Source: Cystobasidiomycetes sp. EMM_F5
Lineage: Eukaryota
DNA: 64,000 bases
Direction: 5' to 3'
NCBI GenBank assembly: GCA_051047955.1
Contig: JBPGPT010000012.1
Span: 124,001-188,000 of the forward strand
The notes under the pieces were generated by a model. It was not told the DNA's origin and ran no database searches. It worked only from the letters and a program-made list of their open reading frames with translations. The translations under genes were made by a program, and so were the position numbers. Below are positions 41,024 through 53,642 of this stretch, one piece after another (positions within the stretch are counted from its first letter, which is position 1; each line of letters begins with the position of its first letter).

Positions 41024-41514
41024 TACGGGTGTACGATAGAAGGGTCTGTAGCGCAAGTCATGAAATCAGGGTAGTCGGTGCAACTTTTCAAATCTGAATG
41101 CCATGCTGCTCTCGACCGAATTGAATGAAGCCTTCTGCTTCGTTGCCGCCTTTCACATATTCTATGACACATGTGTGTGTTGTGTGTGTTTTTCTCCTTT
41201 TTTCTTTCTTTTTCGAGGAATGTTTACGCACTCGAGGCGGGCGTGCTGAATGAAAATCGCAAAACAACGGGGGGCGAGACTTGCCACATTTTGTAAACGG
41301 GTGACGGGAGCGAGGCGCAGCAACAGCGGCAGTTTAGTACTTGGACGAGTTGGACGCAGCACAAATATTAATTACAACACTCTGCAAGCGCACACACAAC
41401 GACATACACGCCCAGCTGCTGTCGACTTGTGCACCGCATTTCTCTCGCAACAGGGCAATCGAGAGAAAACACAAACCAGCTCTGCAGAGCTCTTACGAGG
41501 TTTCTGCGCAAATC

Positions 41515-43755
41515 ATGGCGTATCACCAGCAGCAGCAACCGCAGTACTCGCCAAACATGTACCCCGTACAGCAGCCAGCGTCCGCCCAGCCCTACCCTCA
41601 GTCGCCGTACGGCGGTCCCGTCCATCAGCAGCAGCACCAGCACCAGCCGCCCCAACAACACATGTACGGCGTTCCCGGAGGCAGCCAGCCAAGTCTGCCG
41701 CGATACGCTTCCCAGGCCAGCTCGTTGGGCAGCCCGCTCAACCCGTACTCGCAGCAGCAGCAGCAGATGCCATTCAACCAGCAACCTCCGCGCCCGAGTT
41801 CGAGCGGAAACTCGAGCCCAGGCGGGCCATACAGTCCAAACGGCAGCAACGGCAACAAGTACTCTACGTACGGCTACGGGAACGGCGGTCCTGGCGCTCA
41901 GGGTGGTGCTCACCCACTCTCACACGCCCTGTACTCTGAATCCCCGTCGTCGCCCACTTTGGCTGGCGATGCAGAGGACGAAAAGAAGGGTCTCGCCTCG
42001 TTTCCACCAGTCTCGTCCAGCTCATCGTCTGGCTCGTCTGGCAACCACAACACCAAGGGAATTCGCGGTCGTGCAGGCGCAGCGGCCAGCAGCGCAAAGG
42101 CGGTAGGCAACTCTGCGTACCGCAGGTGGTCGGGAAGCCACGCTACTGCAACTGCAACAGACGCACGGCATACAAAGATTGAACGCTTGGGATGGCTGGA
42201 CGGGCTACGCTTCCTCGCTGCCTGGGCAGTCGTCAATGCTACCTTTTTCGGTGCAGTCATCCCAGACCAGAATGTGAGTACCGATAGGCTGCATGCCTCG
42301 GAGTGATCGCGCACAAACAATGCGCAGACAAGGGTGCGACAGAGACGCTGACATACTGCCATGTGCTTGCGTGATTCTAGATGTACTCTGCTATACAACG
42401 CAGCTCTCCACTGTACATCTTCCGGTAGGTTGGACTTTGAAGGGCCCGCGCGCCACCGATCGACCTGCATATTGTACTGACTGTACTGTTGTCGTCTGCA
42501 GCTCGTTTGGCTTGGCTCTCTCCTTCCTGCTCATCATCCTTGGTCGCGCGTGCACTGCTTCCTTGTGGGATGTTTCACCGAGCTCACCGGCTGCAAAGGT
42601 AAGAATGGCCTCCACTGCCGTTCTAGGTCTATATACTGAGGGTTTGTCCCGTATCATACAGCCTGGTACTGCTAGCGGCCCAACAATTGCCTTTCCTCGA
42701 TTGACACGGGCCATGCTGACGCGGACCGCACGATTCGTCCTGCCGGTTCTTGTGATCGCAGCGGCATTATGGGGACTCGGAGCATCCAACGCAACGAAGG
42801 ACTGCAATACCGCGGGTATGCAGCAACCCTACTGGAATTTGATCCGAAGCTTCTCTGGTTACATGACGATTGTCTTCAACTGCTTCTCGGCCTTTTCGTA
42901 CCAGACTCAGGCGGCGCAGTACTTTGCAGGCAATCTCTGGACAAATGCTTGGTTCTTCCAGGCTAGCTTTTGCGTATACATCTGCCATATGATGCTAGGT
43001 AATCTGTCATCGGCGAGACACTGGACATACATTCTCCTCATCTTCTTCATGTGGACTACGTACCAATACTTTGCAGTAAGCTGGTGCGCAATCTCCTGAA
43101 GTAGGGCAACGCTGACGAGCGCGTGACTTTATCACAGCTCGCAATGATTGGTGCAGTGTATAGCGATCTGGCAGCCCATGGCGTCTTTGCGCGCATGAAG
43201 AAGTGGCCGTTTGTCCGAACGCTCGGTATCCACATTATCCTCGTTGGCGTGGCGTGCGCCTTGCAATTCATCAATGTCGTACGCAACGGTCTCAACAACG
43301 CAATGGCGACCATCAACGTTGGCAACATTGCCGAACTCCAGTTTGCCGACTTGATCTTTGCATCGTGCTTCATGTTTGTCTTTGAATCCTCTTCGATCCT
43401 TCAAGTCATTCTCGGTAACATCGTCATGCGCATGCTCGGTAAACTCGCTGCCGGCATGTACCTCCTGGCTCCCATCGTGACGTACACCATCGTTCCGACA
43501 CTGGCCGTTTCGCTCGCCAAGAATGGCTCATCTGGGATGGCAGTCACTGCAGTCACCTGGGTCGTATGCTTTGCAATCTGCGTCGTTGCTGCTCTACCCT
43601 TCCATTTCCTCGTCGAGCTGCCCAGCAAAATGGCAGGAGAATACATTGGCGACATGCTCACAAAGTGGGGTGCTCTTCCAGACGATGGCACTGCCCAAGT
43701 CAAGGCACCCCAAAAATCTGCACCAAAGAAGTTGAGCGGTCCAGGCGCCAAATAG
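41515..43755 (+). CDS. Acyltransferase-3 family multi-pass membrane O-acyltransferase with Q/P/Y/G-rich N-terminus
   Basis: RLGWLDGLRFLAA motif, R..RF..P, NLWT, LGKLAAGMYLL, HFLVELPS. Confidence 0.8.
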
Positions 43756-44059
43756 AGGCTTGTTGCCTGAAATCATGCAAAACGCTTTCCTTTTTTGCTT
43801 TGGTGGGATTCTGCTCTTCTTTTGTGCTCAACAGTCGCCTTTATCGCCACATTTTTAAACCTCGCATCGCTACACTCCTTCTTCTTCTTTCTCTTCGCAT
43901 CCTGCAATACACCCTTACGTCGTCTTTTCTCGCCAAGGAGTCGTTCTTTCAGCTCGCCGTGTGCGGGCGAATCAATTGCAAACACGTCAAGCAGTCTTTT
44001 CGGCGGTCGTCAAACATGAGACTTTGCCGCGCACACTCATTCTTTTACAAATCATGGAC

Positions 44060-44415
44060 ACTTGTCATTCTCGGTTCCTTGCCCGCTAGACGTCATCTGG
44101 GCAAGCAGGCCTAATGGCAAATCACATTGTCAAGGCGAAGGACGCTGTACTCCAAGCACTTCGAGGCCCCTCTGGAGTTTGCTGCATACGGACTGTACCT
44201 CGTTACAGTCAGGACAGCCGTATCCCTGTTCTTTTGTCAGTATCGTCGTTCTTTATCCGTTGAAACCAGTATTACTTGTGCCAACAATGAAGAAAGTTGT
44301 ATTCATCTATGGCTTCTTTACATTGAGTGTGCTTCCTCGTGGCAGCAAAGATCTCATTTGAATGACGCGTCATTGCTGAAATTTCCCTCTCTGCTGCAGT
44401 GACACTGACAGACAG
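44060..44415 (-). ncRNA. Candidate large structured RNA (H/ACA-like) or structured 3' UTR
   Basis: At least six stems; G-U pairs work only on the minus strand; AAAGAA after the 5' domain; terminal ACA-NNN. Confidence 0.45.
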
Positions 44416-44583
44416 CTGTATTTGATTATGGGTGACTGAGCCGCTTGACTTCCTTGTCCGTCGCTGCTATCCTTATTGACTGCTTACTCATTCTATCCTC
44501 ACTTCCTCCCTTGCTACCACTCCACTCCCCTCCGTGCTTCCCCCACAAAGCCCTCTGCCTATCGGCCTCTTCAATTTCACAGC

Positions 44584-45710
44584 TCAATATGCGTATCGAT
44601 CCTCTGGCGCTGGCTGGTCGGCCGAGATGGCTCTGAAGAAATCGCGATGTGCTTTGACAAACGTCTTGACGTCGGAGCGGAGCTGCTTGTGACAAGATAG
44701 GTAGAGATCAGCATCTTTCGCGACACATGGCTCTGCGAAGCTGGATTTGATCGAGATCTTCGTACCTGCTGATCCCTCTTCTGCTGGTCCTTCTCTTTGG
44801 ACGCTATTGCCCCTGCTTTGACGGTCAGCCGATCTGCGAAACGCGTCCTTATTTTCTTGTCTGTGTAAGAGCAAAGACAAGCGATCAGCAGCAGCGCTAG
44901 AGACTCGCAGCCAGGAGACCTTGACTGACGATCTGCCAGCAAGAGACCTTGTGGTCCATTCTTTGCATTCCGTTCTCTTTCGATATTGTCGGCAGTGGGT
45001 CGGTCGTCGTTGACGATGCATGAACGGTAGACATTGGTACGAGCTGTGACCTCACCAAGATGAAACGGATCGGCAACTGAGAAGTCGAGAAGGCTTGCTT
45101 GCATCTCCTGCTCCTGCAGAGCGCGTTGCTCTTCCAGAATGATGCGGAGTTGTGCCCATTTTTCATCCCTGATGAAATGCAATGGCGTGTCAAATGTCAG
45201 AATTTACGAGTGTAAAACCTTGATTCGACTTGCATCCTCTCTCTCAAGTTTGTTGTAATTACCCGTGCGTGCTCCTCTACATCGTCCAGGACCGGATTGA
45301 TGGCATTCTCGAGAGCCTCTCCGATTTTACGAGTGTTCTTCTTTGCTCCGGCTGGACGATTGATGAGGAGAGGTCAAGCTCCCCATTAGACGCAGTGTCA
45401 GGTCGTCGCTTGTAATGCTCTCACCTAGTAGATTCGACAAGAATGGATCACTGCCACTGCTCGATGACATTGTGGCCTGACCGCCGCTGCGTCTGCCGGC
45501 ACCATTACCGCCTCGTCTGTCGACTTCATCATTGTCCATGTAGTCTTCGTCGTCTTCGTCGTCATCGTCGTTGCGCATTGCTGTCCTCGCGGATTTGGAT
45601 GACTTTGCTGTTCGATTCTGTGCTGCGGGACCTGGAGCTGCTCGTTTGCGAGACTTGGGTGCGGACGCAGCTGCTGCAGCCGCATCGTGAGCTGAAGTGG
45701 TCTTTGCCAT
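44584..45710 (-). CDS. Orphan protein: basic/acidic disordered N-terminus plus coiled-coil C-terminus
   Basis: MAKTTSAH..PKSRKRA..DDDDEDDED..; spliced exons ..NLRERM|DEKWAQLRIILEEQRALQEQEMQ..; includes a GC-AG intron. Confidence 0.6.
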
Positions 45711-46102
45711 TTCACGGCTTGTATGTGTTTGCAAAAAGTGCAACACGGCTGCTTGATTGGCCGTAAGCGCGTTGTTATACAACTGTCGGCAACGAAAGAC
45801 GCGTATACTATTCGCGAAAAAGACATTCAAATGGCCGAGGCTGGCTGACAAGTGCAGTAACACTCTTCTGGCGATGCGATAAAAAGAGTCGACTTGACAT
45901 TCGGACGCCAATAAGCTGGCTGACGAAGTTGCTAGACTCGGGCTGTGCACTGACCCTCAAAGCGGGTGCTGTCAGAACTGACGTCACTGGCCAGAGCGTC
46001 AGGATGTCGTGATTGTCCGGCTCCGTCGTAGGTTGCCTCTGCTTCACACAGCTGTGGATTCCAATATCTGACATTTCCACTCCATACAATAAAACTTCAG
46101 CC

Positions 46103-46619
46103 ATGTCGTCGACAAACAATTCCTCTGCTGAACCATCAAAGGCGAATGCGGTATGTCGACTATTGAATTGGAAGCCTTGCTTTACTTACTTGCTCTAGTA
46201 TAACTAGTCGTACAACCAGACCGTGGGCTCGGCCAAGCAGACGGTCGGAAGTCTGGTCGACACAACCCTGGGAACAGACTTACAACAGCAGGGACAGACT
46301 CAGTACAACGAGGGTGTAGCTGAGCAGAGTAAGTCCAAACCAGCCCGTGAGGAGTATTGGCAACAACGCGCTGAAATTGTTCTCGCTCCTACTTACAGAG
46401 GCTGCGGAAGCTGAAGGCTACATCAAGGGTACGGCGGGTGAGTTGCGGGTCCCCGAATACAACACAATCATCCTAACAATGTTTGTTGTGTGCGCAGATC
46501 GCGTCGAGGGCAAGATCAACAATGTCGTCGGAGCAGTGACTGGAGACCGTCAACAGCAGGCAGAGGGTCAGACTCAGCACGATAAGGGCATTCTCAAGCA
46601 GGACATCAACAGCAACTAG
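46103..46619 (+). CDS. CsbD/LEA-like stress protein (Ustilago Hmp1-like)
   Basis: [68 protein letters not shown]. Confidence 0.85.
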
Positions 46620-47208
46620 CTAGTGCCTATACTGCGAGGTGAGAGCGCTCGATGTAGCACTTGCCATTCTGTGTCGTTAGTGCCTGTATCGCGCGGCCAA
46701 ATACAGACGCAATAAATCTGCTCTCCATGTGATGCCGGAAAGATACTGGCGAGCATTCGAGTGACGCCGCCTTGATCACATCCTGCAGCAGGACTATTCT
46801 AGATGGGAGCCTTCCGGACCACAGCCCAGGTCGAGTCCATTGCAAACCTGGCGGGATCGTGATAGAACGATGTGCGTGGACGGAGTGCTGGTTGTGTACC
46901 GGGCAGTAGAGGACGCAAGCCAGTGCCAGTTGGATGAGTACCATGGTCCATTCTCTGTCGTCTGAGATTTCTGTTGTCTGAGTTATAATTGCGCGATATA
47001 TGTCGTCGAGATGCAACAATGCCGCCGGTCCAATAGTTTACAGAGCATCCGACAGATCTAATCCCGCACATTGCAAGTATGCTGGATATTCTTGCCCGCT
47101 ATCGGATCTTTTGACGTCAATGGATGTGCAGCATCGTGTTCTTTCGCAGTACGTTCACTGCGATTGCTTGATGCCTTGTATATTTACGAGTTATACTGTC
47201 GCCGGACT

Positions 47209-47864
47209 TCAGTCCTTGACCTCCTTGGGTGGCACAATGCCCTTTGATATCTTGTAGTAGACTATGGATGAATCGTCGGCAGAGATACCGAGGTAGATGG
47301 ATTCGACGGGCGGCGTGATGTGCGAAAAGAGACTTTGTAACCTGTACATACAGAGTGAGATTAGCCGACAACCTGGGGTGGAGAATGTGCATGTGCGATG
47401 TACGTATTCATATTCGTCTGATTCTGTAAATGCATCGGTACTACAACTTGCTTTGTCCGGTCCTGTCTTATTCTGCTTAGTGCCTATGTGAGAATACCAA
47501 GTAATGGGCGCAGCTTACAGCAAGCTTCGGTCTGATACCTCTGATAGCGCAACAGTTTACGTCCTGAAGATCTAGTAATTCGACCTCTTCCCATCGTTGG
47601 GCTTGCAGAAACACAGATCAAAGACCAAATTAGAGATCAAAGACCAGATTAGCGACCAGAGCTGCGGGCTTTGGCTAGGTCGTTCACCTCACCCAGTGTG
47701 AGGTCAATGTAAGCTTGCCAAAGTGCTCCCGCTTGCTCGGGATATCTATTACAAACGTCCTTGACTCGCTCATACTGCACGTGCAGCATACCAACGATGG
47801 TTACAGTGTCAACCTGCAGTCGTGTCCGAAATGCCAGAGTTCTCACCTGCGGATGGTCATTCAT
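47209..47864 (-). CDS. SEN15: tRNA-splicing endonuclease subunit Sen15
   Basis: MNDHPQ|..YPEQAGALWQAYIDLTL|AQRWEEVEL..RG|..VVPM|..IYLGISADDSSIVYYKISKGIVPP; fragmented by introns and not seen as one ORF. Confidence 0.85.
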
Positions 47865-48101
47865 TGGTGTACGTCGGCAGCTTATGGTAGAATCACGAAG
47901 TCGGTCAAGGTCAAGAGCAAAAGGCAGATAACAACCATGAATGGAGGAATCTATCTGAGGAGGAAGGATAGTATGTATTACGTGGAGGACCAAGGCATGA
48001 AGGAGGAAGTAATACAGACAACAACCCTTGCGAACTACCGGAGAACGCTAATACTCGAGGTTACAGATGACACAACTCGATTGTGCGCGTTCGGAGCATA
48101 T

Positions 48102-48815
48102 CTAGGTGTGTAGGAAAGCAGAAATATTCAGGTGCTTCACTGCCGAGGTGTATCTTGGATTACGAGGGCTGCGGCTATTATAAAGAGGGCTTTGGTCAAT
48201 CCGCCATTGGAAGCCAAATTGAGGCTCGTTAGACTCACGTTCAGTAGGTTGCGCGAAACGTCTAGATTCTGATTGAGAAGACCGAGGGACTTGGCTGTCT
48301 GAGAGCTTCGAAGATGAGGGAGCAGTAGTCGCCTGAGACGTCGACTCCAAGCCTTGACTGAGATGAAGGATATGCACGAGATCGGCAGGAAGCGCCATTT
48401 CCTTATGCTCCGCTACAGGTGCCGTCAAGTCCGATCTTGGCGCACGACGATTCCGCTTGTGTGACTTGTGCATCTTGATAAGGTGATTTGGCTGGCTGGG
48501 CGTAAAGTCCCGAGCGATTGCAACGAACGCTGTGGCCTCGACGACAGGTAAGGTTGAAGTCGAGGCTTCTGCGCTGATGACGTCTTCAGGCAATTCGTCG
48601 CGCTCGTGGTGAGAGCCAGCCAGTACATCTGAAGGCAGGCGTTTGTGGGAGTTGTCCGGGTTGGTGAGATGGACTTCGAAGAGGTTTAGGTCCGAAATTT
48701 GCTTTGCGTCGGGCTGTCTGCTTGTTCCGACATTGAGAGCATGGGGATGGGCTTGAGCAGCGGAGAGGTATAGGATTGCCAGTGAGAGTACGGCTACGGA
48801 TGATGTGGATCGCAT
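48102..48815 (-). CDS. Secreted orphan protein (237 aa, single exon)
   Basis: Signal peptide MRSTSSVAVLSLAILYLSAAQA; low-complexity body with several dibasic sites. Confidence 0.6.
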   Translation of the reverse strand: MRSTSSVAVLSLAILYLSAAQAHPHALNVGTSRQPDAKQISDLNLFEVHLTNPDNSHKRLPSDVLAGSHHERDELPEDVISAEASTSTLPVVEATAFVAIARDFTPSQPNHLIKMHKSHKRNRRAPRSDLTAPVAEHKEMALPADLVHILHLSQGLESTSQATTAPSSSKLSDSQVPRSSQSESRRFAQPTERESNEPQFGFQWRIDQSPLYNSRSPRNPRYTSAVKHLNISAFLHT

Positions 48816-49535
48816 GTTTGTATGGGTTATGTGGGATAGATCGTAGACTGTGGGTGCTGGGGGTTGACTTTGATATTCAGATATTGATGTAAATGACAGT
48901 AGGGTGCTGTGTGAGCGTAATTCGCCGTTGCGATGTCAAAGGGGTATGTTGATAACGATTGTAGTGGTTTTGGGTAAAACGATTGTATTGGTAGGGAGAA
49001 ATGCAGAGTTTCAGCTTGTGTTGTATAGATGGATAGAGCAGGTCGAGGCCACAGGCCGCTTTACCTCTGCACCTGCACTACGCCTAGCGAGGCCGATTAA
49101 TTGCCTTGTTTACGCGGGCGGGGAGATTCGCGAGGAATGCGCTTTGCTCTGACTTCTCGTCTGCTTCGGGCCAGCCGACACCTTGACTACTGTGTGAGAC
49201 GAGATATGTAGAGGTATGTGACCCGTGTTGACTTGTTTATCGGCAGGTATGCTTTTATGTTGACGCGTCCCTGCGAGCTCTTGCGGAAATGGGTTCACTC
49301 TGCGGGTGCCAAATTGCCGCGCCTGCCAGCAGGAAGCAACTTCAGTGATGCGCACGTAAGTTATGTGCGTGATTGCGCAAAAGTCGCAAGTCTGTAATTG
49401 AGTCGTGGTGTAGGGAAGTTATGCAGTACGTTCAGGAATGCAATGATGAGCTGCGCGACGCGTACAGTGCCCGTGTTGATGAACACACTCGAACAGGCTA
49501 CATGATGATATATATACATATGCATGACCGCTAAG

Positions 49536-51501
49536 CTATGCCTCAATCGGCGTGTCCTGCTCTAGTTGCGCTCGCTTCTCGTCCTCGGCGGCTAAGCGTT
49601 TGATCTAAAAAAACAGTAATTTAGCCCACCGCGCTGCGGACATAGACCTTCACACTGACCTCCTTGGAGTAGTGACTCCTGTCTCGTATTTGTGGCCCAT
49701 ATTTGTAAAATGCAAAAGGCAGTATCCCTAAAACGGTAGCAATAGCCGCCAATATGGTAGTCGCGACTTGCGGCCCAAGGTTGTCGTAATAGGTTTGTCC
49801 AACAATGATCATCGTAGCACTGATCAATTCTCTAGCGAAAGATTGACCAGTAACACTGCCGGAACACAATCAATTAAACAGCATGCCATGTCGCAACTTC
49901 ACTCACGCGCTGGAACTCAAATGCCCGTAACTCTCGACGGTGAAGTCAGAGACCATCAAGAACTGCGTGAGATATGTACGTTAGTACTGGGCCAAATGTC
50001 GTTTCGCGTCTTTCAAGATTACCAAAATATGGCTGGCTGTTCCAAAAAGAGCCAAGGGGACCAGCGAGGCGAACCAGAAAATTTGGGGAAGCGATAGCCA
50101 TGCGAACAGATACAAAGAAATTGGGAAAGCGATACCGGCAAAGAAGCCCCAGAACAATTTCCCTTCCGGCACGATTTGCCCTTTGCGTTTGTTTAGTCTC
50201 TGATTGGCCATCCACTGTATAGGGAACAGCGCAATGCCAACAACGTAACCAAGGACGATGGAGAACAGCATGAACTCCACGCCTGGATCGTTAAACCCGT
50301 GCTCAGCGTATATGATTGGAACGGCTTCGATCGCCAAGAAGATGATGCCGTAGTTTAAGCCATCGTATAGAGCGAAGAGATTGACTATCGGTTCCCGTAG
50401 AAGCATAAAGACCGGTCTGTACAGAGTGTTGACGAGTACGTCATTGAAGGAGCGACTGCTGGAGAATTCGCCAAGGGCATGATATTGGTCATCTCCTGAT
50501 CTACTTCGAAGGCGTTTCGCTCGTTTGGCGAGCAACACGCTATGACGGGTTTCGGGGACCAGAAGAATGAACACAGTTGTTATGCCCGCGCCGACAATTC
50601 CAGTGATGCCCCAGAGCCATCTCCAGCCATAGTCACGCGTTATGTAAGCGCCCCAAATAGGGGCTATCACGATGATCTCAGCGCTGAACGCCCAGAAGTT
50701 GAGCGCAAGGCCCGCTATGAACTCGTCTGTTGACCTCCACAAGTCGGGTATATTGCAGCAAGACTATATATTCCTTCTTTAGACTAAATACCGGATCGGA
50801 GTATACTGTACTGACATTAAATATTGGGCTGGCGACGAAGCCAGCAATAAAACGACAGATGATGAGAGTAGCATAGTTCGGTGCGAGTGCGATGGGTATC
50901 TGGAAGAGGTAAAGGAGAATGGCGCTAACAGTAAAGGTGATCTTGCGTCCGTAGTCCTCCGAGATTGGCGTAAGTACCACCTGAGATACCGTCATTCAGC
51001 CGTGCATCGCAAGACGGCAGCTGGAACAACGCACCGGACCGAGTGAGAAACCAACTGCAACAAACGTAAGCGGGTGCCTATCAGAGGTATGATCTCGCCC
51101 CTTACCTAGATACATCGCCTGGGGTACCCTCATTACGAGTTCGGATGTGCCAAACTCAACTGCCATAGCAGCATTAGCTGGAGACCAGGAAGCTCCTATG
51201 CCGGTAACCCATATGATCTTCGAGGATGGTTGTCAGAGAATTTATACGATGGAAGCTTGAAGTCTAAGCTACCTGGCAGGCCAAAACTCCGACTATCATG
51301 AACTTCTTCCACAGAGGATAGTAGAATGGGCACTCTGGATCTCCTCGCTGTTTGCGGTATGTGAGCAACGAATGACAAGCGAGACCAAGTTCCGCATACC
51401 TTGAAGTACACCAGATGCTCGTCCGGCACATAGCTGATTTGCTTCTTAGGCGCCTGCCCATTGTTTGCCACCGATTCAGCCGGTAGACTGCCTTGGATCA
51501 T
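49536..51501 (-). CDS. MFS transporter, DHA1 (drug/polyamine:H+ antiporter) family
   Basis: GDPECPFYYPLWKK, PISEDYGRK, CRFIAG, GWRWL, VPETR, LYRPVFMLLREP, PEGKL, YGPQIR. Confidence 0.92.
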
Positions 51502-51672
51502 CGTGTACCAGCAGTATGTCAGCCATTCAGCAGCGTAGAAGTCAGTTGTCGAGCTTGTCAGCAGGAAAATAAGAGCTAGCAAACAATTTTAAGAGCCCTG
51601 TCGGATAGTGATCGCGACCAGTCGCTTACTTACGGCCACCGTCATGGTCACACAGAAAGGACCCTTACATAC

Positions 51673-53642
51673 ATGGCTGCCGAAGCATCATGGGAACAAT
51701 CAAGAACGGCAAAATCAATGGCGGAAGCTCTGAAGACAGAGTTATGGCTCGGATCCTGCAGAGGTCCACAGGCTTGTTTGGCGTTGATTTGCTTTGGCTG
51801 CTTGTCAGTTCTTCAAGGAATTATCAGTGCAACCTTGTATGTGCTGATAGAGGGACTGCAGCTCGTCCGGTGTACAGCCTTCAACCCAGTCTGCACATCC
51901 ACGTACACTTTCGACAAGGAAATCGAGCCTGACGACCTCCGTGATGCGCTAGAGCGACAATGCCGGTTGTTTCCAAAGTATCGTCAACGAATAGCATGGC
52001 ATGGACTATCAAAAGCTCCGACCTACGAAGATGATCCTCACTTCAGCATAGACCGCCATTTCACGGTCGTGCGGCTGCCAGAACCTGCAGGCCCCGAAGA
52101 GCTCGATGACTTTGTATCCAAGGTCATATCGCGTCGATGGGACGAAAAGCTACCTTTGTGGGAGGCTATTCTTCTGCCTAACTACCGCAATGGCCGAGCA
52201 AAAGCTGCCATGGTGTCTCGAGGGCACCACACCCAAGCGGATGGGCAAGGCTTCATATTGTCTGCTCTTTACATTACGAGCTACGGCGAGCATCTGCAAA
52301 AAGTGATGGACGATGGTGTAGAGAAGCGCCACAAAGCGCGACTTGGACAACTATGTCCTTCTGAGATTTCACCCTTTCTTCGGCATCTGAATTGGGCATT
52401 CGAACAACGCTGGTTGAAGCCGTTCGTCCAGTTATTCCTCTTCTCTCTATACTGGCTGGCAGCTTTCGAAGAATGTATAGAGCGGTCGTTCTGGTCAATC
52501 GTACATTTCTTCTATACCTTGGCTTTCTTCGTTGCAACAGCATGGCGGATAGAGATGGTTGTTCCGGTCAAGTCAGGACCGCGTGAGGCCGTTTGGGCTC
52601 TGTCTAAGCCAGTAGAGCTTTCCGATGTCAAGACAATACAGCATGCCTTCTCGGGCGATAGACCCGGACGCAATGTGAAAGGAGATCTGGGTCACGTAAC
52701 GGTCAACGATGTTCTCTGCAGTATTATGGCAGATGTGATAGCTGCAGCAATCAAGCGCAATCCTCCCCGCGGGGTGTGGGCCAACCTCAAAGCTGGCTGC
52801 GGCAAGGTCCTTCCAGTACCTATTGCGATGTTCATGTAAGTCACGAGGGGTCGACGCACATATTTACAGCGGCAAACTGAAGTCTGCCATCTTTGCTGCT
52901 TTCGGTAGACCAATATCCGTCCGAGCTCCAGGGCAATGGGATATGAGAAATCTATCAACTGCAGCAATCGCATATCTAGGCTACTGTCGGCAAAGCAAGC
53001 CGACGGCCAAACAAATCCACAAGCACATTCACAAGAGCAAGAGAAGTCTGAATGTCATCAAGAAGTCTTACCTTCCCGCGATAGTCTTTCACCTTTGCCA
53101 ATTGGCAGGAAATGTGCCATGGATCTTTTATCCGATACTGGGCCGTGGTCTGCCGCAAGCATGGCCAATCCGGGAGTTGCGGCAATTCGTCGCTGCGAGA
53201 CTTATTTCAATCAGTAAGTCTAAGTAACCGCTGCGTAGTCTGACCCGCTAATTTGTGCCCCCAGTGACGGTTGTTCTAACCAATATTCCCGGACCGCCAG
53301 AAGCCGCAGTATTGGCGGGCGGTAAGATACTACGCTGGTCAGCAGCGCCACCGCAAGCTGGTAGAGGTGTCCTTGCCATTGGTAAGGATTTTGGCTCGCA
53401 TTTTCAGGCTTCCTTTTGACGCGTCCGTGCAGGAGTCATCACCTATGACGCTTCGGTAGCTGTTACAGCATCTGTGGATAAGTATGTCGGACTCAACTTT
53501 TTCTACCTTTAACCTGATTGACTATCGTCGTGTTCGTAGAGTCTTTGGCTTCGAAGATGCAGCGCAGCGCATCTGTGCGGACTTTGAGACCCGCTTCAAG
53601 CACTATTTACAGATGGCGGAAGAAGCTTTGGACAATAATTGA
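51673..53642 (+). CDS. Wax ester synthase/diacylglycerol acyltransferase (WS/DGAT) family
   Basis: FPKYRQR, FSIDRH, PLWE, catalytic HHTQADG (HHxxxDG), TVNDVL, PISVR, LTNIPGP. Confidence 0.85.

Noticed and set aside
29143..43755. Possible iron or secondary-metabolite gene cluster (GATA factor, GPCR, catalase-like, Zn cluster, acyltransferase)
   Set aside because: No backbone enzyme (NRPS/PKS) or siderophore genes; adjacency is explained by gene density
44370..44395. GGGAAATTTC on the minus strand, resembling RNase P CR-I
   Set aside because: No matching CR-V/P4 partner found; the segment is explained by a local hairpin
46627..47071. Short minus-strand ORFs between the CsbD-like gene and SEN15
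   Set aside because: No motifs or convincing splice structure; probably convergent 3' UTRs
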